In this document: positions 46,836-60,497 of the stretch, piece after piece
How positions within the stretch are numbered: position 1 is the first letter of the stretch
How the letters are laid out: each line of letters begins with the position of its first letter
Source of the DNA: Nemertoderma westbladi
Taxonomy: Eukaryota; Animalia; Xenacoelomorpha
Length of the DNA: 64,000 bases
Assembly: GCA_032718475.1 (NCBI GenBank)
Contig: JAUCBJ010007028.1
Location: forward strand, 167,186-231,185
Direction of reading: 5' to 3'
Program-made: the position numbers and the translations under genes
The notes under the pieces: model-generated
Seen by the model: the letters and a program-made list of their open reading frames with translations, nothing else
What the model was told of the DNA's origin: nothing
The model's database searches: none

Positions 46836-49800
46836 GATAACAACTGCATAAGTTGCCAAGTTTGCCGGCAGTATTCGTCTCCGTCTATGATTTCCGATCG
46901 TGGGAGCATGGCTACAGGTTTTTCCAGTAGGAAGTGCGCGGGTGTTAGCGCTTCCAGGGAATCGGGACTCGATGAGACTGGCATAAGCGGTCTCTCGTTG
47001 AGATAGGCAGCGATTTCCTCCATTAACGTCCGCAAAAGTTTGTCGGTGAGATACGCGCGGCACGGCACTATAAAGTGAAATGCGGTCTTCACACTCCTGA
47101 TTAATCTCTCCCAACTTCCTCCCCACCAAGGGGCGTCGGCAGCTTGAAGGTCCAGCTAGACGCTGTTACCCTTAGCTGATCGTCCACCTGTCTTTGGTTC
47201 CAATCTTTGATGTAAGCCTTGATTTCATTGTTGGCACCAATGAAGTTCGTTCCCTTATCAGATTTCATCGTGTTACTAGTTCCAAAGCGAGCGATCTGTC
47301 TGCGTAAGCTCAACATGAAGCTATTGGTAGATAAATCGTTCACCATATCGAGATGGATAGCTCTACAAGTCATGCAGACAAAGATGACACCCCATCTCTT
47401 GACTATAATCCTAGCACGATATACTTCAATAGGGCCAAATAAATCCACACCGGTATTAGTAAAGGGTGGTTCATAGAAGCTTACTCGTTCCCTAGGTAAT
47501 TCTGCCTCTCGCTGTTTTAAAGGCCTACTGAATGCTTTCCTACAGGGTATGCAGTTCCTAAGAACTTGATTCAGAGCTCTACGGGGTTTATAAAAATAAT
47601 AGCGAGTTCGAATTTTGCTAAGAACTCGTTCTCTACCAGCATGATAAAGTTTACTGTGAACATCTACAATCATCTTGATTTGTATTTCAAGATTTCGAAT
47701 GAGTATGGGAAACTTAGTGTCAAAGGATAATGGAGCATTAGTGAGTCTTCCTCCAACACGTATTAACCCATCTATCATTGTGCTAGAGAAACGATCCCTT
47801 AAGCGCATCTGTGGATTTCTCAACAACAGGAAATACAGGAAATACAGGAAATACAGTATCTGCTTATTGGTTTCTTCATGCTCCTGGTAACTGATCTTCT
47901 CCTTCAGAAACCTGTCGGATATCTTGTATTTGGGTAGATCTTTAACAACATGGACCTGCGTAAATGTCAGTGGAGCAGTATCACTAGTGGTCTTCGTCCT
48001 GGAGTAGTGATGATGAAAACATCACTTTAAATATGTAACGGCCTTACAGAGCCGATTCCAGGAACTATAGTGATGTATCGCTCTCTGCAGCAGGGGTGAG
48101 AGTCCTTGCGAGACGTTTGGCGTTCCAGATTTCCAATCTCTCTCTCTGATTTCCACAACAGACTTATTTGTGGCGGGGGATTGTGGATCCAAAGCGTCGT
48201 CTCCAGAAGTGTGTAGTACCGACAGATCTATCACAGGTTTAAATAACTTCGATTTACTCACCCGGGTTTTAGGTTTGACTTTCTCCGCTCCCTTGGCTTG
48301 TCTAATCTCCACCGTAGTAAGGTGAGGAGGCCATTCATCCTCTTCCTGGCTCAGGAAGTCGGGTCCACCCAACCAGTCTGGAGTATCTATCAGTTCCTGT
48401 GGAGTTGCTCCCCTGGAGGCGATGTCGGCTGGATTAATCGTACCAGGGCAATGTCTCCATTGATCTATCTTCGTGCGACTAAGAATAATGGCTACTCTGT
48501 TGGTAACAAAGACGCTGAACTGACAGACTTCATTGGTTATATACTCCAACACGAGTAAAGCATCGGTCCAATAAACAGTTTTCTCCAGTGGATAATCGAT
48601 CTGTTCTGTTACATTCCGGCCGATGGCTGTAGCGTATAGAGCCGCTTTTAACTCCGCTTGAGGAACCTTCAACTTGTTGTTAATCAAGCCTTAGAGGTAA
48701 CCAAGGCGACTTTGATTCCATCCAGAGTTTCAACTCTCAGGTATGATACTATACCTATTCCCATATCGCTGGCGTCTCCAAACACATGGAGTTGATAGGA
48801 ATACGTAGGGAGAACATGACCAAAATATGAACGTGAAATTATAAAGTTCTCGATTGATGGTAGAGAATCTTCCCATTTCATCCACTTCTTTAATAGTTCT
48901 CCCTTAAGTGGATCGTCCCATGAGTGGTTTTCGAGCCACATTTGTTGTACTAAACTCCGAGCAATCAATATAACTGGGCTAATAAATCCCAATGGATCGA
49001 AATAAGTGCTCAGGATACTTAAACAAATCCGTTTAGTCCGAACTGGATTATCTCGCTGTTTTAGCTGAAAAAACAGGATATCTCTCTCTCTGTCCCATTT
49101 CAAACCAAGCGTCTTGGTTTCTAGAAGATCATCCTTGATCAGGTCTAGATCCTTTGCTCCTCGGTCTTCTACCGGAATCGATTCCAGAAACTCACGGGAG
49201 TTGCTGGTGAATTTAGTCAATCAAAATCCACCTCTTTTCAAGCACTCTACCGTTCCTTTGGCGACATCAATGGCTTCTTCTACTGATGGGAGGGACTTTA
49301 AATTGTCCTCCATGTATATATCCCGTTTGATGTTGTCGATCACCTCTTTAGAGAAGGCGTCCCGGTTGTCATCAGCAGTGGTCCGCACTACTGAGCAGGC
49401 GTTTGAAGGGCTTGAGATGATCCCAAAAGCCTGGATGGTCATCCAGTACTCCACCGGTTTCTGGTTGAGGTCTCCTTCATGCCACCACAGAAATCTTAGG
49501 CTGTCTCTATCCCTATCCAGCGCCTTGACTTGTAAGAAAATTCCTTCTATATCGGAGGCGAAAGCGATGGAATATTGTCGTAATCTTAAGAGTATTCCCA
49601 ACAAGGATTGGAGTAAGTTGGGTCCTGGTAACAACTCGGAATTGAGGGATTGGCCCATGTATAGGGTGGAGCCGTCAAATACGACACGGACTTCATGGGG
49701 TTTACCGGGTTTGGGAACGTAATGATGTGTTAGATAGTACGTTCTCTCAGTTATGGGTGTTTCTTCCAGTACTCGCTCCGCATATCCTTTGTTAATAAGT

Positions 49801-51041
49801 TTCTTCAACTGAGTTTTGTACATTTCTTTAGCTGAAGCATTTGCCGTAATGCGTCGATGTAGTTGCCCAATTCTTTTCTCTGCCAAGGGTCGATTGTTTA
49901 TAAATTTAGGTTCTCGCTTTCGAAATGCTAGACTGATTTCATATCTACCTTGATCTTTAAGAAAACGTGTAGTTGTCTCCTGGATCTGCTTGGCTCTTTC
50001 TTCTTCTACCGATAGGGCCTTATCGTAGGAATTGGGCTCTACAGACTCTTGAGTAAAGAATCGTACGGCGTGTTCATCTCGAGTCCTCGCGTTGTAGCGA
50101 TCTATCACGTCATTCAGTTCGTCGTTATAGTTGATTTGTCCTGATGGACGAATGAGTTGACATAGGTTCACTTGGTTTTGCCAAGTTTCGTTTTCCGTAA
50201 GGAGGTCGATTCCATTCTCTTTGTCGAAGAGTTGGTGGATATCGTCATTATCTGAGGAGTATGGTGTTCCCTCAGTTGGGTCGTCCACCTCACTGCTCTC
50301 CTCTTCCCATTCCTTTACTTGGTAGACCCGTTCTTTGGGTAACCTTTCCATGAGAGTTCTACGGGAAGGGCCAGTAAAGTACCAACCTACTCTAGTTCTT
50401 CCCGCATAGGTTTGTAGTGGTTGCGGTTGAGCAGGCCGTTTCTCCAATGTCTCTAGTGCCTCATGCGCGTTTTGGCCGATGAGTATTTGCACTCCAGGGT
50501 AGTTTGTGTTGAATCTAGGTATCTTAAGCTGCTGGGTGCACTCGTCCTCGTCCCAGTTATAAGGTTCCACTTGGCTGATAACGAAGTTCTTTATCGCCAC
50601 CATTTTTACTGACCTTATACTGTGTTCTCCTAATTCATCCTGGGGGGTAGACAATGCACCTACATAATAATCTGCAATTGTTGTAGATTTCGAAACCTGC
50701 ATAATTCCTGACATGTTTATCTTAGTTCGGAACTTGGGTTGTCCAGCAAAGATGTCTTCGGCTAGTTCTTTGTCGATGAATGTTCCTGTGCTGCCAGAGT
50801 CAAGGAGGGCGTTCACTATAAAACTTTTGTCAGGACCGTGGACTCTCAACTGCACTACGGGAAATTCTCGGATTCCTACGTTTGAAGTTGGTGCTTTCCA
50901 AGATGGTTGTCTGTCAAGAGTAGTTAGGGGGGACTCAATGTCGGTGTCCTTTTCATACGTAAGTGCTCGATACACTGCGGTATTTATTAAGTAACAGGAT
51001 TCGTTTTCATTGGAGAATTCGTCCGTATAGAATCCTTCCAT
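46836..51041 (-). pseudogene. Element A pol (protease, RT, RNase H, integrase), disrupted
   Basis: LLDSGS; YYLTHH, VRVVFD, DIEGIF, YMED (catalytic DD altered); FGDAS; NPAD..SRG; VDLFGP, SDKGTNF. Confidence 0.93.
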
Positions 51042-54000
51042 CTCAGAACTTTGGCAGTGTCATTCACATCACTGAATTGGACATGTAGTTCGGACTCACT
51101 TACCTGACTCGGGCTGTTTCGTTTGAATTCACTGTGCAACAAGATATGATGTTTTGCACCGCACTTTGCACACCTTGCGTCGGAGTAACAGGTTCGCCGT
51201 TGGTGTCCTTGTCTGAGGCAATTATAACATAACCGCTTATCCCACATGACTTCACGTCTGTCTATCAGGGATTTCTTTAGGAATTCAGCACACACACTCA
51301 AACGGTGGGGCCCGTCGCACAGCGCACATTTTGGTTTGATGTTACTCACTTTACCTTGGGTAACGTTATGCACTCTCGTTCTTTCCTCGGGCTTTCTTCC
51401 GTGAATTCTGTTAGGAGACGTAGGAGGAGTTTTGGTAACCTGTTCTCTCCTGTCATTGGTTCGAGACTTGAATTTACTTACGTCTTTAGGCGTTTTGTTG
51501 ACATAGTAAGATCTTTCAGTGTCTTTCCTGCTGTTCTCTTCTTGAGAAGCTTGGCTTTCGCCGTCGTCGATATAACACACTGGTGTTACCTTTCTCCTAG
51601 AAACAGGTTTCTCACTTACCTTATTTTCCGGTGTTTTCTCTCTGGACTGCATTAGGAGTTGTAATTTTACTTCTCCATCTAAGAATGACATGAGATCAGC
51701 CATGGTAGGGTCTCGTTGTTGTTGCTCCATCATATATAACGCTTTCTTGTCCCAGCGTGTACCTACTCCACCCTTTGGTAAAGTAGAGGCCACGGCTCCA
51801 ATAACCATGGAACTCTGATATTCATGAGACTTGCCTATCCAATCTAATTGTCTACAGACCTCCTGAATCTTATCGGAAAACTCTATAATCCTGCTACTAA
51901 TGAACTTTCGGGTGGCTACCAATTTTGCATACAAATACCTAGCTATGTTATTCCTATTACCATACCGTCCTGATGTTTAATGTATCCCAAACTTGTCTTA
52001 ATCCATCTGGATGTTCAATAAACTTTAACGCCATTAACTTGGGAGGTCCTTCCAAACACTCGATGAGGAATCTAAGTTTCTCTCCGTTAGATAGTACAGA
52101 GTTCTGTATGTTATCTTTGTAATATTCATTAAAAGGTAACCATTTAATCTCATCTCCATTGAACTTGACGATCTCTCCCACTTTGACCGTTTGACGGGCT
52201 TCAGTTCTAGCCATTTGACGCGCAAAACTTTCTTGGGCCATTGTGTTATTTAATATCGAATTATCGGTATATAAATTTCTCGGATTATTATCAGGTCTAT
52301 ATGAAATATTATTATCAACAGGTTTATAATTACCCTTAATAGGGTTTACTATAGGAGTTTCTACTTCACTAGCAGTATAGATGCGTGTAGGCTCCACACC
52401 TTGCGCATGAAATACTTCAGACCTAACAGGTTGACACATGGTTACAGGGGGTGGTGGTATACCCTTTTGTATATTTACTAATTTATCGCGTTCTAACGCG
52501 ATACTTTGCTGCACTTCTTGCAACTCTAACCTACTTTCCCTTACTGTGCCCTTGAACTGCTGAACAGTCTCCTGCATCTGCCCGAGCAGGAGATCCATCC
52601 CCCGCCGTCTCTCATCCACCCACTCGACCGCTGAAGCGGGATTCGCCAACAAAGTAGCGGGTGGACGGGAAACAACGGGCGACAAATCATGGATATTTCG
52701 CTCGGAGTCCAGGACAGGAACTGTCTCATGGGCTGTTCCGCTGGGTACAGGCAATTTAGTGCTATGCAAAGGGAATTTAGAGGTAGGTTCGGGGAGTACA
52801 GGTGTCTCTATCACCAAAGGGGTGGCTTCGAGAACAGGCCTAATTATTTCAGGCTCATCTACTATAGTAGGGAGTCTTACTGCCCTAATAATTTGGTCTG
52901 TGGGTTCTGTACTTCCTAAGTCTGTGCTAGCTATTTGCCTTCTAACAGCTGGAGGCAAATTAGGCAATTTCTGACGGTGAGACGTTCTTCTACGCCTACT
53001 TAGACGAGATCTATGTCCTCCGCCTTCAGGATCGGTGGTATCGCCTTCATCAGAGGATGTAAATCCCTGTCGTTTGGGATTAGATCGACTCATCATCTGC
53101 ATTTGACTAGCTGTTAACTGTTTATTTATGCAGTCTTGATTCTCTTGAATATTTTCCAACTCTAGTTGGGTGGTCTCTTCAGACGCTCTCCGTTCTGCTT
53201 CTGCCACTTTTCTTTCCGCTTCTGCCTCTGCCACTGCCGCTTTTCTTTTCGCTTCTGCCGCTGCCATCGCCGCTTTTCTTTCCGCTTCTGCCACTGCCAT
53301 CGCCGCCTTTCTTTCCGCTTCTGCCTCTGCCGCTGCTGCTGTCTTTCTGTCTTCTATACGTTTTTTCTTCACTTGTTCTTCTTGGACTCTAGCGATGCGG
53401 AGGCGTTCATCAAATTTAGCTTGGTTTGCAGCTAACATTTCCAAATCTATTGCGTCCAACACAAGCTTGGCTCCTTCACTATTAGGGCGAAGTCCATCCA
53501 GCCATCTCCTCAACTCTTCATCACCTAGAAATCTTTGATAGTCTGACAGATAGATGTCTATAGCGTTCCTCGTCTGCGGTTTCTCTGCTGTCACTTCGCT
53601 TTCCACTTGAGAGAAGGTAGCGTCTGTTGATTCTCCATGGGCTGAGCGTTCAGCCAGCTGAGATTTCCACTGGGTCGTTCCTTGAACTTTGAGACTCACC
53701 CGTTGGAACCAAGTCTTGACGGCCACTTGCAACGACGTGTCTTGGGTTCTTTTCGAAGCTTCCTCAAATAGCCGATAGGATTAGTCTGATTCATAGAGTT
53801 CTTTCTCGAACTTGATAAAGCAGCTCTCCCTGCTCTTGAGGTCCTTGGAGTTGTCAAAACAGTTGTTCTTCTAGTTGCTCCAAAGAGCTGAAGAATCCCT
53901 GTACATATCCTGCTGCCGACCTCTTCCACACAGCTGGATCCCTGGTTTCTTTTGTCACTCACATCCTTTATATGTCTTCCCAGGCAGCTTCTGATAAGTC

Positions 54001-54519
54001 AAACGGGAGTCTGGGTCCGGGGAAGTTCCATTGTGACTCGACAATAGACTTCAGTTCCTCCCTTGTATAACTATCCTTGGTCGATCGCCTACCTCTCGCC
54101 CAATCAATTTGGTGTTCCTCCACCGCAATCAATAACCTAGTGAGTACGGCTGCAAGAAGGATGAGAAGGGGATCCGAATAAACCGCATCTGCCATCTTTG
54201 CTCTGCGCTCGGGTGTCAGCTCTACAGTATCCAAACTACTGGAGCTGTCGGGCCGCTGAGAAATAAGTTCCTGGCTAGGGTGTTGCTGCTGTTTGACAGC
54301 TGCTTCTGCTTCTTGATCTCGCTTGACTTGAGCCCGAGTGCCTATGATAGACCTATGGTGTTGGATTAGCCTAGGGTCTGATACTACTACTGGAGGGATG
54401 ACCTTTCTTACAGTAGGAGGTGAGTTGAACTTTGGTCTCACACGTTCTACACTCCTGTCTGGGTCACAGATGGTTATATCTAGGAGACTGACTGACAGGT
54501 TCTGCTTTGTGTCAGACAT
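50987..54519 (-). pseudogene. Element A gag, frameshifted
   Basis: KFNGD...W..F, EKLRFL; CALC..H....C, CYNCL..GH....C, CAKCG..HH.LLH; A/E/R-rich coiled coil. Confidence 0.88.
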
Positions 54520-55138
54520 GTTTGTTTGTACAGTTGAATGCCTACTGCTATAATTACAGTTAAAGCAAGTCTAGTAATTCAGTATGACTGTTAGCCTAGT
54601 AATTAATTATCGATACTGTGACTCAGTGTAACGTGATATATATACACAATATTTTAGAATACCGGTATACACTTATAGTATATATAAGTATTATTACAGA
54701 CTAGGTTTGTCACAGAATACCGGTATATAATTTCAGCACAAATATATATAAATATATAATAAGCCTATCGTGAATACAGGTATACAGCTTACACTTATAG
54801 TATATATAAGTATAATTATAGACTAGAATTAATTACAGAATACCGGTATATAATTTCAGCTTAGATTTATAGAATAAATATAATAAGCCTATTGTAAATA
54901 CCGGTATGTCAATTATTTTAGAATAATTGAATTTCTGAATTTTAAGGGTTACTTAGTTACTTTACTTTACTTTATTACCGTTATTTAAGCAGTAGTCCAA
55001 CTGATATTAAGACCAAATTGTTGTATGACAGGCCTACTATTTTGTAAATCTATTTGAGTTGATTTATAATATATATATATACCCGTTTAATGGGTTTTGT
55101 TACAATATTTGAAATAAATGTTATTATTTCTGGGAAGG

Positions 55139-56349
55139 TGTAAAAGCTTTTGGGGGATATAACTGGCCCTTTTGCTTCGCAATCCAGTTTCCCCCAAGGT
55201 GCTCAAATACTCTAAAAAGCTCCCTAACTCAAAGGATGCAAGCTAGCGGCTGATTGGCTGATTTGCTGTACGTAGGGCCTCTTTGTTCTGTTTGATCAAC
55301 CAACCAGAGCAACGGTCAACCAAGCAGAGTGATTCATCCAGTGTGTTGGCTAAGGGCTGCAAAAACCCGAATAGTTCGGCATTTAGACATTCATGGAATC
55401 TGTGGAATTTGGAGCTCTGCCAATGAGAGCTATTCCTCTCTGTGTGTGAAAGCTACCTGCAACAACCCACCGAGTTCAGTGTGAGTGTTGGTTTTCCTAT
55501 GCCAGAACATCGGCTGTGGAATTATTCTGTTTTCAGACTTTAGCAAAACATTAGTAGGCTTTGATTATAGAAACGTATAACTGTTATCAAGTCATATCAT
55601 AACTCATTGCAACTCAAAACTCACTTATCATACAAAACAGTGCATATCTTAACTTACTTATACCGCATTATTTTACTGCTATTTACTGTCGGTTATTAAT
55701 TGTATCAGTTGATGGAATATTGTTATATTCGGAGAATATCGATAAATAATCATAAAACCCCAATCTTCTTGATACACTAAATGTTAGAGAGACCTGTTAC
55801 ATATAGCAATTGCAACTTACATTATCGTGGTTTGTAGTGAATCTAATGCTATTTCATAGGCTCTACATGAATCAATTGCTGCTCTCTTTATGTATGATCA
55901 AATTCAGTAACGGTCGGCAGATCAGTGTGCAGTATTGTGCGGTACCGGTAGTGTGCATGAGTGTGACTGATAACTAAGCATCTCCTAAAGAATGCGCCTT
56001 ATACATGAATCATAAGCCGTACCGTTGTGTTTAGTATAAGTCATAACTCTGTTTACATATTTAGAGCGCCACATCCTAAAGGAACTGTTAATATTTCCCG
56101 AAAGTGAATAATATTTGTCAGAGATTATATATTAACGATCAATCGAATAATACAGTAGGCTTACACCGCAATAAGGTCAGAGCATCCGAATCCAGTCTCC
56201 CGGGTATATCCAGCGGGTGAATGATCGTGCATCGGCTGGCTTCGGCTAATGCAGTGCATCAAATACTTGTCATAGGCTAAAGTCGATTTACAAACTAAAG
56301 GACATATAAATTAGCGGGTTAAACTGCTAAAGCTCTAAAAGCGCGAACA
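55139..56349 (+). repeat. 5' LTR of A'
   Basis: TGTAAAAGCTTTTG...GCGCGAACA; both ends match the A 3' LTR. Confidence 0.85.
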
Positions 56350-56675
56350 ATAACAGTTATTGCTTCTTTATTGCAACGTAAGCAATAAAGTCAAAAGTAC
56401 CGGTCGAATGGTAACCTGTACCGGTACTGCTGTAGGCCTGTAGGCCCAACTGCCCGAACCGGTACTGCTGTAGGCCTGTAGGCCCAACTGCCCGAAGCGG
56501 TACTTATAGTACAGGTACTAGTATTATTTTGATTGTGATATATTATATATTGTAGGCTGTTAGGGGATTAGGGATTGATCACCCCTTATTCCTTTGTATA
56601 GTTTACTTATTTCTGTCAGTTTTATTTACGTGTAAGTTAATAGTGAGCAGAAGACGTGTAAGTCTGCTCAGATTG

Positions 56676-57542
56676 TTCAGATAATTGTAGGCTGGACTGT
56701 TGTCTGACTGTTGTTAGGTCTGAAGGGATTGCGGTGTGTGTAGAGTCTGTCCGATAAAGTACCAGTTAGGAATGTAGGGGCATCTTGAGTTGTAATGTAA
56801 ACCCCCTCTGAAAGAATAAGTCGTCCTACTCGGTTAGAATGCATACTAACTAACCATTTCGGAATCTGCATATACTGTAGTTTATTTAGGCTTGATAGTA
56901 GTCTGCCAGCGTTTAGTCTGTATTTGTTTGTGTAGTCTGTTCAGGTACCGTAATATTATTCAGATAATTTGTAGGCTGGATTGTTGTCTGGCTGTTGTTA
57001 GGTCTGAAGAGATTGCGGCGTGTGTAGAGTCTGTCCGATAAAGTACCAGTTAGGAACGTAGGGGTATCTTGAGTTGTAAGGTAAACCCCCTCCGAAAGAA
57101 TAAGTCGTCCTACTCGGTTAGAACGCGTACTAACTAACCATTTCGGAATCTGCACATACTGTAGTTTATTTAGGCTTGATAGTAGTCTGCCAGTGTTTGG
57201 TTTGTATTTTGTTTGAGTATTCTGTACGGGTAGCGTAATATTTCTTATTTAGATAATTTGTAGGCTGGATTGTTGTCTGGCTGTTGTTAGGTCTGACGGG
57301 ACTGCCGTGTGTGTAAAGCATCTGTCCGATAAAGTGCTAGTTAGGAACGTGGGGGCATCTTGAGTTGTAAGGTAAACCCCCCTGAAAGAATAAGTCGTAC
57401 TACTAGGTTAGAACGCATACTAACTAACCATTTCGGAGACTGCATATACTGTAGTTTATTTAGGCTTGATAGTAGTCTGCCAGCGTTTGGTTTATATTTT
57501 GTTTGAGTATTCTGTACGGGTAGCGTAATATTTATTATTCAG
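56676..57542. repeat. Three tandem copies of an approximately 285-bp unit in the A' leader
   Basis: AGATAATT(T)GTAGGCTGGA...CTTGATAGTAGTCTGCCAG repeated near 56678, 56960 and 57250. Confidence 0.92.
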
Positions 57543-58710
57543 AGTTTATGCGATTACTCGCAACATTCATACCCCCAAGTTTATTCCTACAGTAATTGTG
57601 CTTGTTATACATACCGTTATAGTTAAATTAACCCCGGTACTACACGGGCTGCTTGGCGTAGGTAAAGACTGGTGATTTTGTGCCCCGGTCACTCCAGCAG
57701 ATACTGTGGTTCTTTTAACTGTTCAAGTATATTTAACTGCTGGTTATCTGTTATATAATTACTTGTACCTAATTTAGGGTTTAGTGTACAGTGCTTTCCA
57801 AAAGTAATTAGTGTGTAGGCAGTATATTTGTGTTGTAAAGTGGTTGATAGGCACGTTGGATCTGGTAGTCCGCAGTAATTAACCTCTAGGTAGGAACACT
57901 CCGTGAAACATAACGTAGTACTTATAGCGATACGGCTATAAGTCGTCAGACGGTGGTATTTTTCCTATCTGGACAACGCAGTATATTTTCTACTGCTTTA
58001 TTATTTTCTAATACCGTAGTATCCTGTCCGTTGTAATAACCAGAAACTAACCCTCTGTTAAGCTGGTTGGTCGTTCCCTGTCAAATTACCCTAAAAATTT
58101 GTATGTATAATTTTGTGTGTTTATTTAGAGATTGTAATCTCACCCTGTATTGTACGTAATTCGTAGATAAGTAACTTAGGCCAGTAGAATTATTTGTTTT
58201 AGTGTCCAATAAGTAGCACTTCACTGAGAGCGCACAGCTTCTGTGTAGTGATTACTTCCCAGAAATAATAACATCTATTTCAATATTGTAACAAAACCCC
58301 TCATACGGGTATATATATTATAAATCAACCCAAATCGATTTATAAAATAGTAGGCCTGTCATACAACAATTAGGTCTTAATATTAGTTGGACTACTGCTT
58401 GAATAACAGTAATAAAGTAAATTAAAGTAACTAAGTAACCCTTAAATTTCAGAAATTCAATTATTCCAAATTAATTGACATACCGGTATCTATAATAGGC
58501 TTATTATATATTTGTATATATTTGCGCTGAAGTTATATACCGGTATTCTGTGACAAACCTAGTCTGACATTATACTTATATACATACTATAAGTGTATAC
58601 TGGTATTCTAATATATTGTAATTAATTACTAGGCTAACACAGTCATACTGAATTACTAGACTTGCTTTAGCTGTAACTATAGCAGTAGGCACTCAACTGT
58701 ATAAACAAAT

Positions 58711-59690
58711 ATGTCTGACACAAAGCAAAACCTGTCAGACAGTCTAATAGATGCAACCATCTGTGACCCAGACAGGAGTGTGGAACGTTTAAGACCGAAG
58801 TTCAGCTCACCTCCTACTGTAAGAAAAGTCATCCCTCCAGTAGTAGTATCAGACCCTAGGCTAATCCAACACCGTAGGTCTATCATCGGCACTCGGGCCC
58901 AAGTCAAGCGGAATCAAGAAGCAGCTGTCCAACAGCAGCAACATCCTAGCCAAGAACTTAGTTCTCAGCGGCCCGATAGCTCCAGTAGTTCTGCTACTGT
59001 AGAGCTGACACCTGAATGTGGAGCAAAGATAGCGGATACGGTTTATTCGGATCCCCTTCTCATTCTTCCTGCAGCAGACAAACTACGGTATTGATTGCGG
59101 TGGAGGAACACCAAGTCGATTGGGCGAGAAGTAAGCGATCGACCAAAGACAGTTATGCGGGATACGCAAGGGAGGAACTGATGTCTATTGTCGAGTCGCA
59201 ATGGAACTTCCCCGGACCCGGACTCCCGTTTGACTTATCAGAAGCTACCTGGGAAGACATACACAGGATGGGAGTGACAAAAGATACAATGGATCCAGCT
59301 GTTTGGAAGAGGTCGGCAGCAGGATATGTACAGGGATTCTTCGGCTCTTTGGAGCGATTAGAGGAACAACTGTTTCGACAACCCCAAGGACCTCAAGAGC
59401 AGGAAGAGCTGCTTTATCAAGTAAGCGAAAGAACTCTGCGCATTAGACTAATCCTATCGGCCTTTGAGGAGGCTTCGAAAAGAAGACAGGACACGTCGTT
59501 GCAAGTTGCTGTCAAGACTTGGTTCCAGCGGGTGGGTCTCAAGGTTCAAGAAACGGCCCAGTAGAAATCTCTGCTGGCTGAGCGCCCAACCTATGGAGAA
59601 TCAACCGACGCCACCTCTTCTCAAGTGGAAAGCGAAGTGACAGCAGAGAAACCGCAAACGAGAGACGCTATTGACATCTATCTGTCAGAC
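58711..59690 (+). pseudogene. A' gag N-terminus (frameshift, stop, truncated)
   Basis: MSDTKQNLS... paralogous to 53968-54519. Confidence 0.88.
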
Positions 59691-59915
59691 TATTGGTAGT
59701 TCACTCATTTCTTGGTGTCCTATCCGCGCGTCCACCTTCTTACAAATCATACAGTTCCGTGTTACCAAACTCAGTGCCTTGCTAGGCCTAATCAGTACAA
59801 ACCTCGATCGTAAATGCGACAGACAGTGATTTCTACCCACGTGTTTGAGTTGTACATGTGCGTCCAGTATCATAGCGTGCTGTAACTCATGGTGTTGCGG
59901 TATGATGATAGGAGT
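59685..59915 (-). pseudogene. Orphan BEL integrase HHCC fragment
   Basis: PIIIP..H, HVQLKHVG...CMICKK..QEMSELP; resembles but differs from the B integrase. Confidence 0.8.
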
Positions 59916-60424
59916 AGTATATGTTTGTATGACACTGGATAATGGTCACCCATAGCCCATCATTACCATCCATTTCTAGTACTGCATCCAATCAGAAGCC
60001 ACCATTTCAACCTTTAGCAGTGGTCGTTATTATTTCAACCAATCAGATGTCAGCATTTCATCCATAACCATGGTAACTTCTCATGTTCCCGCTTATTCCG
60101 CTAGAGGCGTTATTAGTCACCCAACGCTAGTACTGCATCCAATCACCAACCTTTATTTTACAGGTGTTCGGGTGTCTACACTTAGCATCAGGTAACTTCT
60201 ACTATTTTTCAAATCGCAATTTTTCACCAACCTTTATTTTACAGGTGTTCGGGTGTCTACAGGTAACGTCTACTATTTTTCAAATCGCTATTTTTCACCA
60301 ACCAGTATTTTTCATATTCACCAACCTTTATTTTACAGACGCTAGAGGTATCTACAGGTAACTTCTACTATTTTTCACCAGTAACTAAATTTAATTTTGC
60401 AATTTTTCAGATAACAAAATATTC

Positions 60425-60497
60425 AACCGGATTCGAACTCAGGATCGTTATAACTCCCCACATTTCTCCACTCACTCTCCCATCCAACCACGAGAGA
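60425..60497 (-). other. Possible tRNA-derived (SINE-like) Pol III head
   Basis: A-box-like TGGTTGGATGG and B-box GAGTTCGAATCC; no complete cloverleaf. Confidence 0.35.

Larger units (their letters stand above)
14031..55138 (-). mobile_element. BEL/Pao LTR retrotransposon A (5' LTR missing), host of nested insertions and carrying an extra ORF3
   Basis: gag-PR-RT-RH-IN order on the minus strand; integrase rejoins across element B; LTR at 14031-15216 is homologous to the LTR preceding the sister gag copy at 55139-56349. Linking this LTR and ORF3 to A is inferred from that homology and from the parallel layout of B. Confidence 0.8.
55139..59690 (+). mobile_element. 5' fragment of a sister BEL copy A' (LTR, 2.4-kb leader, gag start), inverted relative to A
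   Basis: 58255-59690 is an inverted, diverged homologue of about 53540-55137; LTR homologous to 14031-15216. Confidence 0.88.

Noticed and set aside
56677-57155. Duplicated small ORFs MQIPKWLVS..
   Set aside because: Products of the tandem leader repeat; variable length and antisense to the element.
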